IMG/VR virus record: IMGVR_UViG_3300048998_000197
Span: 1 to 41,028 of that record
Reading direction: 5' to 3' (one strand)
DNA length: 41,028 nucleotides
From: a virus
Lineage: Duplodnaviria; Caudoviricetes
The notes beneath the pieces were generated by a model. The model made no database searches. It was not told the origin of the DNA and saw only the letters and a list, made by a program, of their open reading frames with translations. Positions 27,070 to 35,459 of this stretch are shown here, in pieces. The translations under genes were made by a program, and so were the position numbers. The number at the start of each line of letters is the position of its first letter. The stretch's first letter is position 1.

Positions 27070-27556
27070 GGATCTGGGCCGCCGTCCAGGCGTTGCGCTC
27101 CTTGCCCACGTCCGGGCGCCGGGACTCCTTGGCTGCTGTCTTCCAGTCGCGGGCGCGCAGCGCCGCGAACATGTGGGGCCACTCCTTCTCGGTGAGGTTG
27201 CCCGTGTTGTACTTGATGTCGTACATCGCCGCTTGGACCGTCGCAGGCAGCGACAGCATCCAGGTGGGCAGGCCGCCCATGCGGCGAAGGATCTCACCGT
27301 CGAGCGACGCGGGAAGAAGGCGGGCCCGTGTGATGCTGCGGTAGTACTCGGGCAGCTCGCCCGCGCGTGCCGCCTGCACCGCAACCCAGTCCAGGCGAAC
27401 CTGGCCCGGAATGTCCCAGGACAGCCGCTGGGCGTCCGCCAGGGTGTCCAGCTTGAAGCCGACGCCGGCTGTGATGAAGCCCTTGGTGTCCTTGTAGAGG
27501 TGCATCACGCACCCCTCGAAGCGCTTCAGGTCAGCGAACCGATCAGACGTAGACAT
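27050..27556 (-). CDS. Endolysin, T4-like/GH24 lysozyme fold
   Basis: E-x8-D-x5-T catalytic triad in FEGCVMHLYKDTKGFIT; DIKYNTG..MFAALRARDWKTAAKE. Confidence 0.85.
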   Translation of the reverse strand: MSTSDRFADLKRFEGCVMHLYKDTKGFITAGVGFKLDTLADAQRLSWDIPGQVRLDWVAVQAARAGELPEYYRSITRARLLPASLDGEILRRMGGLPTWMLSLPATVQAAMYDIKYNTGNLTEKEWPHMFAALRARDWKTAAKESRRPDVGKERNAWTAAQILKGAAA

Positions 27557-27794
27557 GGATGCATCCTCGTTTGGTTAGGGTGTAGGTGGGACCCAGCTCT
27601 CGACCGAGCATCGAGGTCTCTTCCTTGGTGCAGGTGAACAGGTCGCAGGGGACGTGGCCAAAGCCACGGACCAGGTGCAGGGCTCCGCTCTCGTAGCGCT
27701 CGCCGCGGCCGGCGAGCCGACTGATGCCGGTGCGCTTGCAGCCCAGATCACTCAGGAAGTCCCGCATGCGTTCCGAGTAGACGGCGATGATCAC
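27543..27794 (-). CDS. Hypothetical protein
   Basis: Overlapping chain of genes in the leftward operon. Confidence 0.55.
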   Translation of the reverse strand: MIIAVYSERMRDFLSDLGCKRTGISRLAGRGERYESGALHLVRGFGHVPCDLFTCTKEETSMLGRELGPTYTLTKRGCIHVYV

Positions 27795-27955
27795 GCGACC
27801 GCCAGTCGGCGGAGCAGCCGGTCAATGAGTTTGGAGCGGCGGTCCTCGCGGGCAGACGAGGCTTCCAGCTGCTCCTCCAGTGCGTCGATGCGCTTGAGGG
27901 CTGCCTCGAGCTGCTTGCTTGCTTCCGAGGCCACGGTTTCCCAATCGGTCTTCAT
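27791..27955 (-). CDS. Small coiled-coil protein (54 aa)
   Basis: Stop/start overlaps on both sides; MKTDWETVASEASKQLEAALKRIDALEEQL... Confidence 0.6.
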   Translation of the reverse strand: MKTDWETVASEASKQLEAALKRIDALEEQLEASSAREDRRSKLIDRLLRRLAVA

Positions 27956-28305
27956 TTCACGATCTCCCATTCCATCTGATCAACGTAGTTGCTGTGCGCA
28001 GCGGCTGCTGGGCCGACGGTACCGCCGTCGTGCCACGTGCCCGACGGCAGGTCGGTATAGCGGTAGCGCCACTTGTGCGGACCGGAGCATTGCTCCATCC
28101 AGCGCGCCCATGTCAGGTTGCCGCGTGTGGGGTTGAGCGCTTGCGTCGTCTTCGACGCATTGCTGCAGCTTGGTCCCGCGCAATCGACGTTGGTCAGTCC
28201 TTGATACACTACGGCGGCGCCGCACAGCGGGCAAGTGACCTGGCTCACTTTGGTGGGACGGGGACCCGGATCGGTGTCCCTGTATTCCTTGCTGATAGGC
28301 TTCAT
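27952..28305 (-). CDS. Zn-ribbon hypothetical protein
   Basis: CPLCG..VDCAGPSC. Confidence 0.65.
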   Translation of the reverse strand: MKPISKEYRDTDPGPRPTKVSQVTCPLCGAAVVYQGLTNVDCAGPSCSNASKTTQALNPTRGNLTWARWMEQCSGPHKWRYRYTDLPSGTWHDGGTVGPAAAAHSNYVDQMEWEIVK

Positions 28306-28781
28306 TCAGCGCCCCCCTTCAGCACGCGAAACGCCGAACGGCGGAGCGCGGGAAGAGCTTCAACGTGCGACGGGTGGGGCTCCTGGCGCGGCAGGTCGGC
28401 GGCGATTCCGACCAGGTTGCGAACGCCGGTGTTGTTGAACATGTCGGCCGCGGCGGAGTATTGGGCCGGGGTGTCGAGGGTGACGAGGGTGCGGTTGCGG
28501 CCCCCTTCTTCCCGTGCCTGCATTGCGAAGACGTGGGTCAGTGGCAGCGACACATCACGTTTGGGCACCATCAGGAACGCCGCGTCACGGCGGGTAACGC
28601 GCTTGATGTCCAGCGCGGGCAGGTGCATCACACCCCAGGCCAGGCCCTGGTCGGACCCGACCGGGCTGTCATCGAGGGTGCTCAGGTAGAGCGACACCTC
28701 GAGCCCGTCCTCTTGAGCGTCGGCGATGAATCGCAGCTGCTCCTGGATATTGAACTCTGCCCGATCTTCGATCTCTTTCAT
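28302..28781 (-). CDS. Hypothetical protein
   Basis: RBS ggag, ATGA overlaps. Confidence 0.7.
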   Translation of the reverse strand: MKEIEDRAEFNIQEQLRFIADAQEDGLEVSLYLSTLDDSPVGSDQGLAWGVMHLPALDIKRVTRRDAAFLMVPKRDVSLPLTHVFAMQAREEGGRNRTLVTLDTPAQYSAAADMFNNTGVRNLVGIAADLPRQEPHPSHVEALPALRRSAFRVLKGGAE

Positions 28782-28993
28782 GTGCAGCTCCGTAATCCAA
28801 CTAGTGCCATCGTCGCCAGGGTGAACACTAAGCCCACCAGCCAGGCCACGTCATAAGTTGGCACATCTTGGGCTAGCCAGCCAGCGATTGCTTCTTTGTC
28901 GAACGCGCGCCTTGAGCGCGCGGGTACAGGCACCAGCTCGATCGCTGGAAGCTCGGGCGGCGGTGCGTCTTCGGGGAATCGATCGTAGTGCAT
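28778..28993 (-). CDS. Small protein with C-terminal TM helix
   Basis: RBS aaggag; ends VAWLVGLVFTLATMALVGL. Confidence 0.6.
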   Translation of the reverse strand: MHYDRFPEDAPPPELPAIELVPVPARSRRAFDKEAIAGWLAQDVPTYDVAWLVGLVFTLATMALVGLRSCT

Positions 28994-29123
28994 GGTGGGT
29001 ACTCCTTGGATCCGTGGCATCGTTACCAGATGAGCACTGCTGAGATGACCGCGCGTCGGGCGGGGCCGAGCGCTCACTTCAGTAGCTACGGTGTAGCCTC
29101 GTTGCTGCATCGTGATGGGTTTC

Positions 29124-29152
29124 AGTTTACCACATCAGGGATTCCCAGTCAA
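29124..29152 (-). promoter_or_regulatory. Leftward sigma70-like promoter
   Basis: TTGACT-17 nt-TAAACT with an extended TG. Confidence 0.75.
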
Positions 29153-29188
29153 GGCGAATCCCGACTGTTTCTCTGCTCAGCGTCGGGG

Positions 29189-29217
29189 TTGCACTACAGG
29201 CCGGAGCAGGCTACGCT
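29189..29217 (+). promoter_or_regulatory. Rightward sigma70-like promoter for the replication operon
   Basis: TTGCAC-17 nt-TACGCT, back-to-back with the leftward promoter. Confidence 0.65.
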
Positions 29218-29223
29218 TCTGGC

Positions 29224-29295
29224 ATGAAGACACTGTTAGTTCTAGCGCTGATAGTTCTGCTCTGGCGGCTCGCGCTGACGATGGAGCGTCTATGA
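29224..29295 (+). CDS. Leaderless hydrophobic peptide (23 aa) coupled to the helicase
   Basis: ATG 6 nt after the -10 box; MKTLLVLALIVLLWRLALTMERL; ATGA overlap with the helicase start. Confidence 0.45.
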   Translation: MKTLLVLALIVLLWRLALTMERL

Positions 29296-30095
29296 AAACG
29301 CTGGCCCAGGCACGGGCGGAATACGTCGAGTGGTTGAAGGACCCGAAGGCGCGCGCGCTCGAGTCCGTTCGTTGGGGCACCGGGTTCATGCGCCGCGCCG
29401 CCGGAGATCCGGCGCTGAACGGCTGCAGCGAGATTGGCAGCCTTATAGTGGTGGGCGGCTGGCCCGGCACCGGCAAGTCCATGTTCGGCCTGCGCGAGCT
29501 GGCCTACCTGCCGGGCAAGTCGCTGTACCTCAGCTTTGAGGACTCGGAGCGCGAGGTGTCAAAGCGCGGCGCCATCATCGACACGGACCAGCAAGAGCAG
29601 ATCACGCTTATTACGGATCCGCGACTGGCGACGCTGCCTGCCATCGAGGACGCGGTGCGGGAGTTCCGCACCGACATCGCCGACGACGGACCGTTCGTGG
29701 TGCTGGTCGATTACATCCAGCTGCTGAGCTTGGGCCAGCAGACGCAGATGCAGCGCACGCAGGAGATCGGGCAGATTGTGGGTAGACTCCGCGCGCTCGG
29801 GCGGGAAGAGGCGTGCGTGTTCATCCTCAACGCCCACCTGCAGCGCCCTCAGAAGCCGCAGAAACGCAAGGGCCAGGACGATGACGAGGGCCCGCCCCGC
29901 CCACGCATGAGCGACCTGGGCGACTCCAAGAGCCTGGAGGGCGGCGCGGACGCGGTGCTGCTGCTCTACCCGACGGGCGACAACACGCTCGAGGTCTACA
30001 ACGTGAAGCACAAGCACGGCCCCGCGGGCGCGCGCAAGCTGTTCCGCCGGGACCCCGACAGCGGTTGGCTCGAGGAGGTGCTCGGTGACCACTGA
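29292..30095 (+). CDS. DnaB-like (SF4) helicase, ATPase domain only
   Basis: Walker A GGWPGTGKS, YLSFED, VLVDYIQLL, PRMSDLGDSKSLEGGADAVLLL, KHKHGP. Confidence 0.85.
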   Translation: MKTLAQARAEYVEWLKDPKARALESVRWGTGFMRRAAGDPALNGCSEIGSLIVVGGWPGTGKSMFGLRELAYLPGKSLYLSFEDSEREVSKRGAIIDTDQQEQITLITDPRLATLPAIEDAVREFRTDIADDGPFVVLVDYIQLLSLGQQTQMQRTQEIGQIVGRLRALGREEACVFILNAHLQRPQKPQKRKGQDDDEGPPRPRMSDLGDSKSLEGGADAVLLLYPTGDNTLEVYNVKHKHGPAGARKLFRRDPDSGWLEEVLGDH

Positions 30096-30561
30096 CATCA
30101 AGTCCAAGAGTCTGCGGGCGCGGCTGTTGGCCCACACAGTACGAGGATCGGAGGGCTGTTGGTTGTGGACTAGGGCTAAAGACGCCTCGGGTTATGGACG
30201 CGTGAGCATTGGAGGAGGGAAGTACCTGCGTACACACAAAGCCGCGTTCGTCGTGTTCGTTGGCGACGTTGGCGAATACGACGTGCTTCATCGTTGCGAC
30301 GTGCGGGCGTGCTGCAATCCTGAGCACCTGTATCTGGGCAGCCACTCCGACAACATGATCGATCGTGTGCGCCGAGGGCGACAAACCAACACGCGGATGT
30401 CGAAAGAGCTTGTCAGGGAAATCCTGTCGTGGTACATAATAGGAGGCTGGACACAGCGTGATCTAGCCGAGGCCTTCGGTGTGACAAAGCAGACCCTGAA
30501 CGATGTCGTTCTTGGACGCACCTACAGTTGGCTAACCGGTATACAGAAGAAAGCAGGGTAA
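30085..30561 (+). CDS. HNH homing endonuclease with C-terminal HTH
   Basis: CWLWT..SGYG..VLHRCDVRACCNPEHLYLG..DN; TQRDLAEAFGVTKQT; lower GC3. Confidence 0.9.
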   Translation: MTTDIKSKSLRARLLAHTVRGSEGCWLWTRAKDASGYGRVSIGGGKYLRTHKAAFVVFVGDVGEYDVLHRCDVRACCNPEHLYLGSHSDNMIDRVRRGRQTNTRMSKELVREILSWYIIGGWTQRDLAEAFGVTKQTLNDVVLGRTYSWLTGIQKKAG

Positions 30562-30565
30562 TCCA

Positions 30566-31123
30566 ATCCCTTACACTCCAGACAGATACATACCCTCGTC
30601 GCGCACCTACGCCGCGATCATCGCGCTCGACCCTGCTGGCGTTGCCGACGCTGGTTGTGCCGCGCGCATCACCGCCACGCTGCCGGACGAGCCGGAGCTG
30701 GCCAACCTCCGCGTGCCCGACTTCCAGTATCAGGGCCCGCTGTTCACCACGCAGTTCAGCGACGAGCTGACGCTGTGGCTGGCGCGCAACGTGATGGGCG
30801 GCGGCAAGGCGCTGCTGGCTTACGAGCGCAGCGGCTATCGCTCGATGACCACCGTCCTCAGCATCGGCTCCGGCATCGGCCGCGTGCGCGGGCTGCTCCA
30901 GGACCTGGGTGTCACCGGGCCGGCTGACAGCTGCTGGGTGGCCCCCCGCACCTTCCGTGAGTTCACGCTCGGGAAGCCGCTGCCCAAGGGCCGCGACGAC
31001 TTGAAGAAGGCGGCGATTGCATCGGTGCACGCTCGCTACGGTATCACGGTCAAGGATGACCTGGCAGAGGCAATCAACCTGCTCGACTACGTAACCGTCG
31101 AGTGCCCCGGTGAGTGGCAATGA
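30566..31123 (+). CDS. RuvC-like Holliday junction resolvase (start codon non-canonical or uncertain)
   Basis: IIALDPAG (upstream of the tracked GTG), LAYE, WVAPRTFR, KKAA, DDLAEA match the RuvC acidic motif order. Confidence 0.7.
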   Translation: MPYTPDRYIPSSRTYAAIIALDPAGVADAGCAARITATLPDEPELANLRVPDFQYQGPLFTTQFSDELTLWLARNVMGGGKALLAYERSGYRSMTTVLSIGSGIGRVRGLLQDLGVTGPADSCWVAPRTFREFTLGKPLPKGRDDLKKAAIASVHARYGITVKDDLAEAINLLDYVTVECPGEWQ

Positions 31124-31539
31124 CCTACCACAAGAGCGACGAGTTCCGAGCCCTCCAGCAGGAGTGGTACGGGAAGCTCAAACAGAGCGGCTTCCGCGAC
31201 ATCGAGCAGTGGACGCTGCAGGAGAACGGCGACCTTGAGCCGGCATTCCTGGTCGACCACATCGGGCGCGGCCGGGCCATCAGCGAGCAGGGAGCGGAGA
31301 CCCAGGGTGCCGATCTGTTCGTGGTGCTGGGCCGCCACTTCCACACCGTGAACTTCGAGGACTTCACCCGCCGCACGTGGGCCCTGCTGTATGTGAACGG
31401 CTGGAGGGGTGCGGAGATTGCCCGGCTCTTCCCGCGTCTCTCGGCTAAGACCGTCACCACGTACCTGGCGCGATTCCGGGCCGCGGCGCTCGCCGTCGGC
31501 CTGCACCGGGATGACGACAACGAGGAGGTCACCACGTGA
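31120..31539 (+). CDS. Sigma70 region-4-like HTH regulator
   Basis: WALLYVNGWRGAEIARLFPRLSAKTVTTYLARFR. Confidence 0.6.
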   Translation: MTYHKSDEFRALQQEWYGKLKQSGFRDIEQWTLQENGDLEPAFLVDHIGRGRAISEQGAETQGADLFVVLGRHFHTVNFEDFTRRTWALLYVNGWRGAEIARLFPRLSAKTVTTYLARFRAAALAVGLHRDDDNEEVTT

Positions 31540-31871
31540 CCAAGAAGACGAACACCGAACTAGCCCGCGTGCGCGCCGCTGCCAAGGCGCTGCGCACCGG
31601 GCCGACCACCGAAGCCGTCGCCACCGTGCAGCCCGCTCTCGGCGCTGTGCTCGCCGACGCCAACGAGATCGTGGCCCGTGAGCTGCAGCTGATGAAGCAG
31701 GCGCAGACTCAGGGCCTGCCCATGTCGCTGGGCGAGGCGAAGAAGCTGCAGGCGCTCATCTCCTCGGTGAGCCAGGCCCAGAACATTGCCAAGGCGATGG
31801 TGCCCGACACCGAGAACCTGAGCGACGCGGAGCTGGAGGAAGAGCTGAAGAAGTTGGGAGGCGGATCGTGA
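31536..31871 (+). CDS. Hypothetical helical protein (weak terminase small subunit candidate)
   Basis: RBS gaggagg; C-terminal ENLSDAELEEEL of a type often seen in TerS. Confidence 0.45.
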   Translation: MTKKTNTELARVRAAAKALRTGPTTEAVATVQPALGAVLADANEIVARELQLMKQAQTQGLPMSLGEAKKLQALISSVSQAQNIAKAMVPDTENLSDAELEEELKKLGGGS

Positions 31872-32023
31872 AGTGGGTCAAGGCGGCGATCGTGGGCGTG
31901 GTGATGTACGCGATGTGCCGGATCAAGCCGGAGCCGGTGAGGGTTCCGGTCGACCCGGAAATCCTGGCAGTGGAGCAGTGGAAGGCACGGCTACGGAAGG
32001 CAGGTATTCGATATGACGCGTGA
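31868..32023 (+). CDS. Small membrane-anchored protein (51 aa)
   Basis: GTGA overlap, RBS ggagg; MKWVKAAIVGVVMYAMC... Confidence 0.5.
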   Translation: MKWVKAAIVGVVMYAMCRIKPEPVRVPVDPEILAVEQWKARLRKAGIRYDA

Positions 32024-32615
32024 AGTTATCCTGTGCGACGTGGACGGCGTGATCGCCAACTGCAGCGGTGCGGTGCACCGGGCGGCCCAGGACTTCGTGC
32101 TGGTGCACGGCCTGCTCAACGGCGGGAAGACGCCCGACTTCAACCACGTCGTTCCGCCCGCCGCGGAACAGGCCCAGTTCGAGTTCGAGCCCTGGCTCTT
32201 CCCGCACGTGGAGGATTATGCCCGGTTCGTCGAGTACGAGCTGAGCCGCGATCGCCTGGGCTGGGAGATCGAGCTGTTCCCCGATGCTGAGCGCTTCATT
32301 GCCGAGCTTCAGAAGCTGGGCGAAGTGGTGTTCTGCACCAGCCAGTGGTCGGGCATGGGCTGCTGGGTGCCGGCGCGCGAGCGCCTCCTGCACTCCCACT
32401 TTCCCGGCGTCGACATCGTGTTCACCCACGCCAAGCACCGAGTGCACGGGTCGTACCTCATCGACGACAAGCCGTCGACGATTCGCCACCCCGGGAACAA
32501 GGACCGCGGGTTGCTGTTCGATCAGCCCTGGAACCGCAAGGACACCGACCTGGACGACTGGAGATTCGAGGGTTACGACGCGGTGCTGGACGCGCTGGGC
32601 GGAGGTGGGCTGTGA
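32013..32615 (+). CDS. HAD-family 5'(3')-deoxyribonucleotidase (NT5C-like)
   Basis: ILCDVDGVIAN, FCTS, K..LIDDKP, LFDQPWN. Confidence 0.85.
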   Translation: MTREVILCDVDGVIANCSGAVHRAAQDFVLVHGLLNGGKTPDFNHVVPPAAEQAQFEFEPWLFPHVEDYARFVEYELSRDRLGWEIELFPDAERFIAELQKLGEVVFCTSQWSGMGCWVPARERLLHSHFPGVDIVFTHAKHRVHGSYLIDDKPSTIRHPGNKDRGLLFDQPWNRKDTDLDDWRFEGYDAVLDALGGGGL

Positions 32616-33205
32616 GCGACGCGATGACAGGACTGAACACAGGGAACCGGGCAGACAAGCCGGCGGCACGCGAGCAGGAGATCCTGACGCCGCGTAACAT
32701 CGCGGACTTCTGTCGCGCCGTGTTCGGCGGGACTATCGTGCTGGACCCATGCGCCGCGGTCGACGACTTCGGCGACCAGCGCGGCTTCGTGGAAGCTGGC
32801 ACCTGGGCGGACGGTATAGCCCTCGACGGTCTGGCCATCCAATGGACCAGCGGCACGTTCGTCAACCCGCCATACGCCGACCTGCAGACCTGGTTGCAGA
32901 AGGCGATGAGCGAAGCCTTCGAACCCCATCTTCCCGCGATTGCGGTGCTGTGTCCTGTGCGGAGCAACCGTAAGTGGTGGCGTCTGGCGCGCAACACCGC
33001 GCGGCGTATCGGCGCGTACATAGAGCTGGACCCGTTCCCGTTCGTTGGCTACGAGAAGCACACGATCATCATGAGCGGGAAGCGTGCGGGCCAGTCCCGC
33101 ACCAGCGACGAGTGTGCGCCCATGGCCATGTGCCTGATGCTGTTCAACGTCGACCGCGCCCAGGTGTGCGACAAGTTCAACCTGAAGGGTGAGGTGATGT
33201 TTTGA
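32612..33205 (+). CDS. Phage DNA N6-adenine methyltransferase (Dam-like)
   Basis: LTP..LDPCA..DGLAIQW..FVNPPY..WLQKA. Confidence 0.85.
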   Translation: MSDAMTGLNTGNRADKPAAREQEILTPRNIADFCRAVFGGTIVLDPCAAVDDFGDQRGFVEAGTWADGIALDGLAIQWTSGTFVNPPYADLQTWLQKAMSEAFEPHLPAIAVLCPVRSNRKWWRLARNTARRIGAYIELDPFPFVGYEKHTIIMSGKRAGQSRTSDECAPMAMCLMLFNVDRAQVCDKFNLKGEVMF

Positions 33206-33966
33206 CCTACCGTAAGATCGCGTCCAGCTCTGACCGCAACAAGTGGCTCGAGGCGCGCAAGAGCTTCATCACAGCCAGCGAGGTAGCCTGCATCCTCGAC
33301 GTGGGCTTCCTCTCACCGAAAGAGCTGGCGGCCCAGAAGTCGGCAGCCGTCGTGGTCGACGAGGAGGATCAGATCGGGAAGCTGGCGTTCGTGGCCGCGG
33401 GCCGGCACCTCGAAAAGGGTGTGCTCTCCTGGTTCGCCGAGGAGACGTCGCACCTGGAGTTCGAGTCCAATGACTGGTTGTTGGCGCGCGACGGTGGACC
33501 TGCCATCGCGGCGACCCCGGACGGAATCATCGATGGCCTGCCCGTCGAGTCCAAGAACGTGCGCTTCGAAGCGTTCAGCAACTGGACGCAGTTTGGCAGC
33601 CGCGACGAGTATGCGCAACACGCATGGGCGGCAGATATCCGGATCGTGGATATCGTCAAGCGCTTCCCGCCGGTCACCATGAAAGTAGCGAAGAAGGACT
33701 GGGGCACACCGCGCGGCAACTGGCGCGCGGCCGTGGTGGAGGCGTACACGCAACGCCTGCAGCTCGGACCACTGCAGCCGCCGTTGAAGTACATCGTCCA
33801 GCTGGCCGTGCAGATGTACGTGATGGACGCCCCGCGTGGTTGGATCACGTGCGTGGTTGGCGGGGATACCAGGCTGGACTTTCTTATCGAGCGCAGCTCG
33901 ACGCTGGAGGCCCACTGGCTGGCGGAGACCGCGCAGTTCATCGAGCAGATCGGTGGCCTGGTATGA
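33202..33966 (+). CDS. YqaJ/lambda-type exonuclease
   Basis: WLEARKSFITASE, GRHLE, AATPDG..ESKN, YIVQLAVQMYV. Confidence 0.85.
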   Translation: MTYRKIASSSDRNKWLEARKSFITASEVACILDVGFLSPKELAAQKSAAVVVDEEDQIGKLAFVAAGRHLEKGVLSWFAEETSHLEFESNDWLLARDGGPAIAATPDGIIDGLPVESKNVRFEAFSNWTQFGSRDEYAQHAWAADIRIVDIVKRFPPVTMKVAKKDWGTPRGNWRAAVVEAYTQRLQLGPLQPPLKYIVQLAVQMYVMDAPRGWITCVVGGDTRLDFLIERSSTLEAHWLAETAQFIEQIGGLV

Positions 33967-34295
33967 CACGGCGGGCTGCGAGTGCCTACGCAGAGGTAGC
34001 CAAGCACGTCGCCCGCGAAGGCGAGTGCTGGGTTTGGACGGGGCGCCGCGATCGTAACGGGTACGGGCAGGTGCGCTTTCGTGGGAAGCTTTTGTTTGCT
34101 CATCGGCTTGCGTATCAAACCTTTGTCGGTATAATCCCTGATAGGCTGGTGGTGATGCACAGCTGCGATACGCCGGCTTGCTGCAATCCAGCACACCTAA
34201 GACTGGGAACGCAGGCCGAGAACATTCAAGACAGTGTGTCGAAGGGTCGGCACTCAAGTCAACAACAGAAACGATCCGGAGGTTTACATGAGTGA
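33963..34295 (+). CDS. HNH homing endonuclease
   Basis: CWVWTG..NGYG..AHRLAY..VMHSCDTPACCNPAHLRLGTQAEN. Confidence 0.9.
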   Translation: MTRRAASAYAEVAKHVAREGECWVWTGRRDRNGYGQVRFRGKLLFAHRLAYQTFVGIIPDRLVVMHSCDTPACCNPAHLRLGTQAENIQDSVSKGRHSSQQQKRSGGLHE

Positions 34296-35022
34296 GATAG
34301 GTAGTCAGGTTGGTGCGGTGTACAGTGCGATGGCGAAAGCCACGCGCGCGCTGGCCAAGATGGGCGTGGACAAGAGCAGCGAGAACGCGGCCCAGGGTTT
34401 CAACTTCCGCGGCATTGACGCGGTGCTCGGCGCCATGAGCAAAGTGCTGGTCGAGGCCCAGCTGGTGGTGCTTCCGAGCGTACTGGCTCACAACGTGAGT
34501 AGTCTGGTGGTGAACGGGAAGACCAAGTTCCTGGCGAACGTGCAGGTCCGGTACAACATCATGTCCGTCGTCGACGGCTCGTATCTCAGCACCGTCGTGT
34601 GTGCCGAGGCCATTGACGCCCAGGACAAGAGCACCAGCAAGGCGCTCAGCATGGCGTACAAATACTTCGCCTTCCAGACGTTCTGCATCCCGCTCGAGGG
34701 CGTGCTGGACGACGCGGACTCGGACAGCCCGATGCAGGACCGCGGCGAGCCCGCGGCTGAAGCTGCCCCCGAGAAGCCGGCGCGGAAGTCGCGCAAGACG
34801 GAAGCGGCCAAGGAAGAGGCGGCCCCCAGTCTTCCCGCTCCGGCCGTCGAGGACGCAGACGCAACGGCGCTGGTCGCCAAGCTGAACGAGCTGGCAGCCG
34901 GTGACGCAGCAGGGCTCCAGGCGCTCCGCGGACAGCTCCTGGGCTACCGTGGTCAAGCAGTCTTCGCCGCCCTCAAGGCGGCATACAAGGACGCGCAGGC
35001 GCGCGTCGAAGCCAAGGCGTGA
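34288..35022 (+). CDS. erf: ERF-family single-strand annealing protein
   Basis: QGFNFRGIDAV..DAQDKSTSKALSMAYKYFAFQTFCIP..DAD; next to the exonuclease. Confidence 0.8.
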   Translation: MSEIGSQVGAVYSAMAKATRALAKMGVDKSSENAAQGFNFRGIDAVLGAMSKVLVEAQLVVLPSVLAHNVSSLVVNGKTKFLANVQVRYNIMSVVDGSYLSTVVCAEAIDAQDKSTSKALSMAYKYFAFQTFCIPLEGVLDDADSDSPMQDRGEPAAEAAPEKPARKSRKTEAAKEEAAPSLPAPAVEDADATALVAKLNELAAGDAAGLQALRGQLLGYRGQAVFAALKAAYKDAQARVEAKA

Positions 35023-35038
35023 AACGACTGAGGAGGAA

Positions 35039-35386
35039 ATGAGCATGGGTCCCAAGTACGACATTGTCACGGTTCGCAAAGACGACAACGAGCAGACGTT
35101 CACAGACTACCAGGGCAACGAGCGCACTAGCAAGTTCCGTAAGGTGGGCGCTGTGTGGGAACGCGACGGAAAGCTGAGCCTCAGCTTCGAAGCGCCGCTC
35201 ACACAGGAAGACATCGACGACTGCTGGTTCAACTGCTTTGCCCGCAAAGAGCGCGGCGAAGCTCGGCCCGGGAAGAAGCCGGCAGCCAAGACGACGCCCG
35301 CGAAGAAGCCCACCGCCAAGGTCGGCCCTGCGAAGAAGCCACAAACAGAACCCTTCGACAGCGACGACGACTCCCTCGACGACTGA
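35039..35386 (+). CDS. Putative single-stranded DNA-binding protein
   Basis: RBS gaggagg; KVGAVWE..LSLSF core, Lys/Pro linker, acidic tail DSDDDSLDD; follows ERF. Confidence 0.5.
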   Translation: MSMGPKYDIVTVRKDDNEQTFTDYQGNERTSKFRKVGAVWERDGKLSLSFEAPLTQEDIDDCWFNCFARKERGEARPGKKPAAKTTPAKKPTAKVGPAKKPQTEPFDSDDDSLDD

Positions 35387-35459
35387 GACCAGACCGCACC
35401 CTGACGCACGTAGTCCGTGCCGACTGGCCGCCGTAAGCGGCCGTTTGTGTGGAGGTTGT

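Noticed and set aside
30085-30561. Group I intron around the HNH gene
   Set aside because: The flanks leave no room for the P3-P9 core; the HNH ORF abuts both neighbours.
33313-35103. Long antisense ORFs (596 aa here; also 18500-20065, 35919-37469, 15702-17150)
   Set aside because: These are shadow frames of GC-rich genes with clear motifs on the plus strand.
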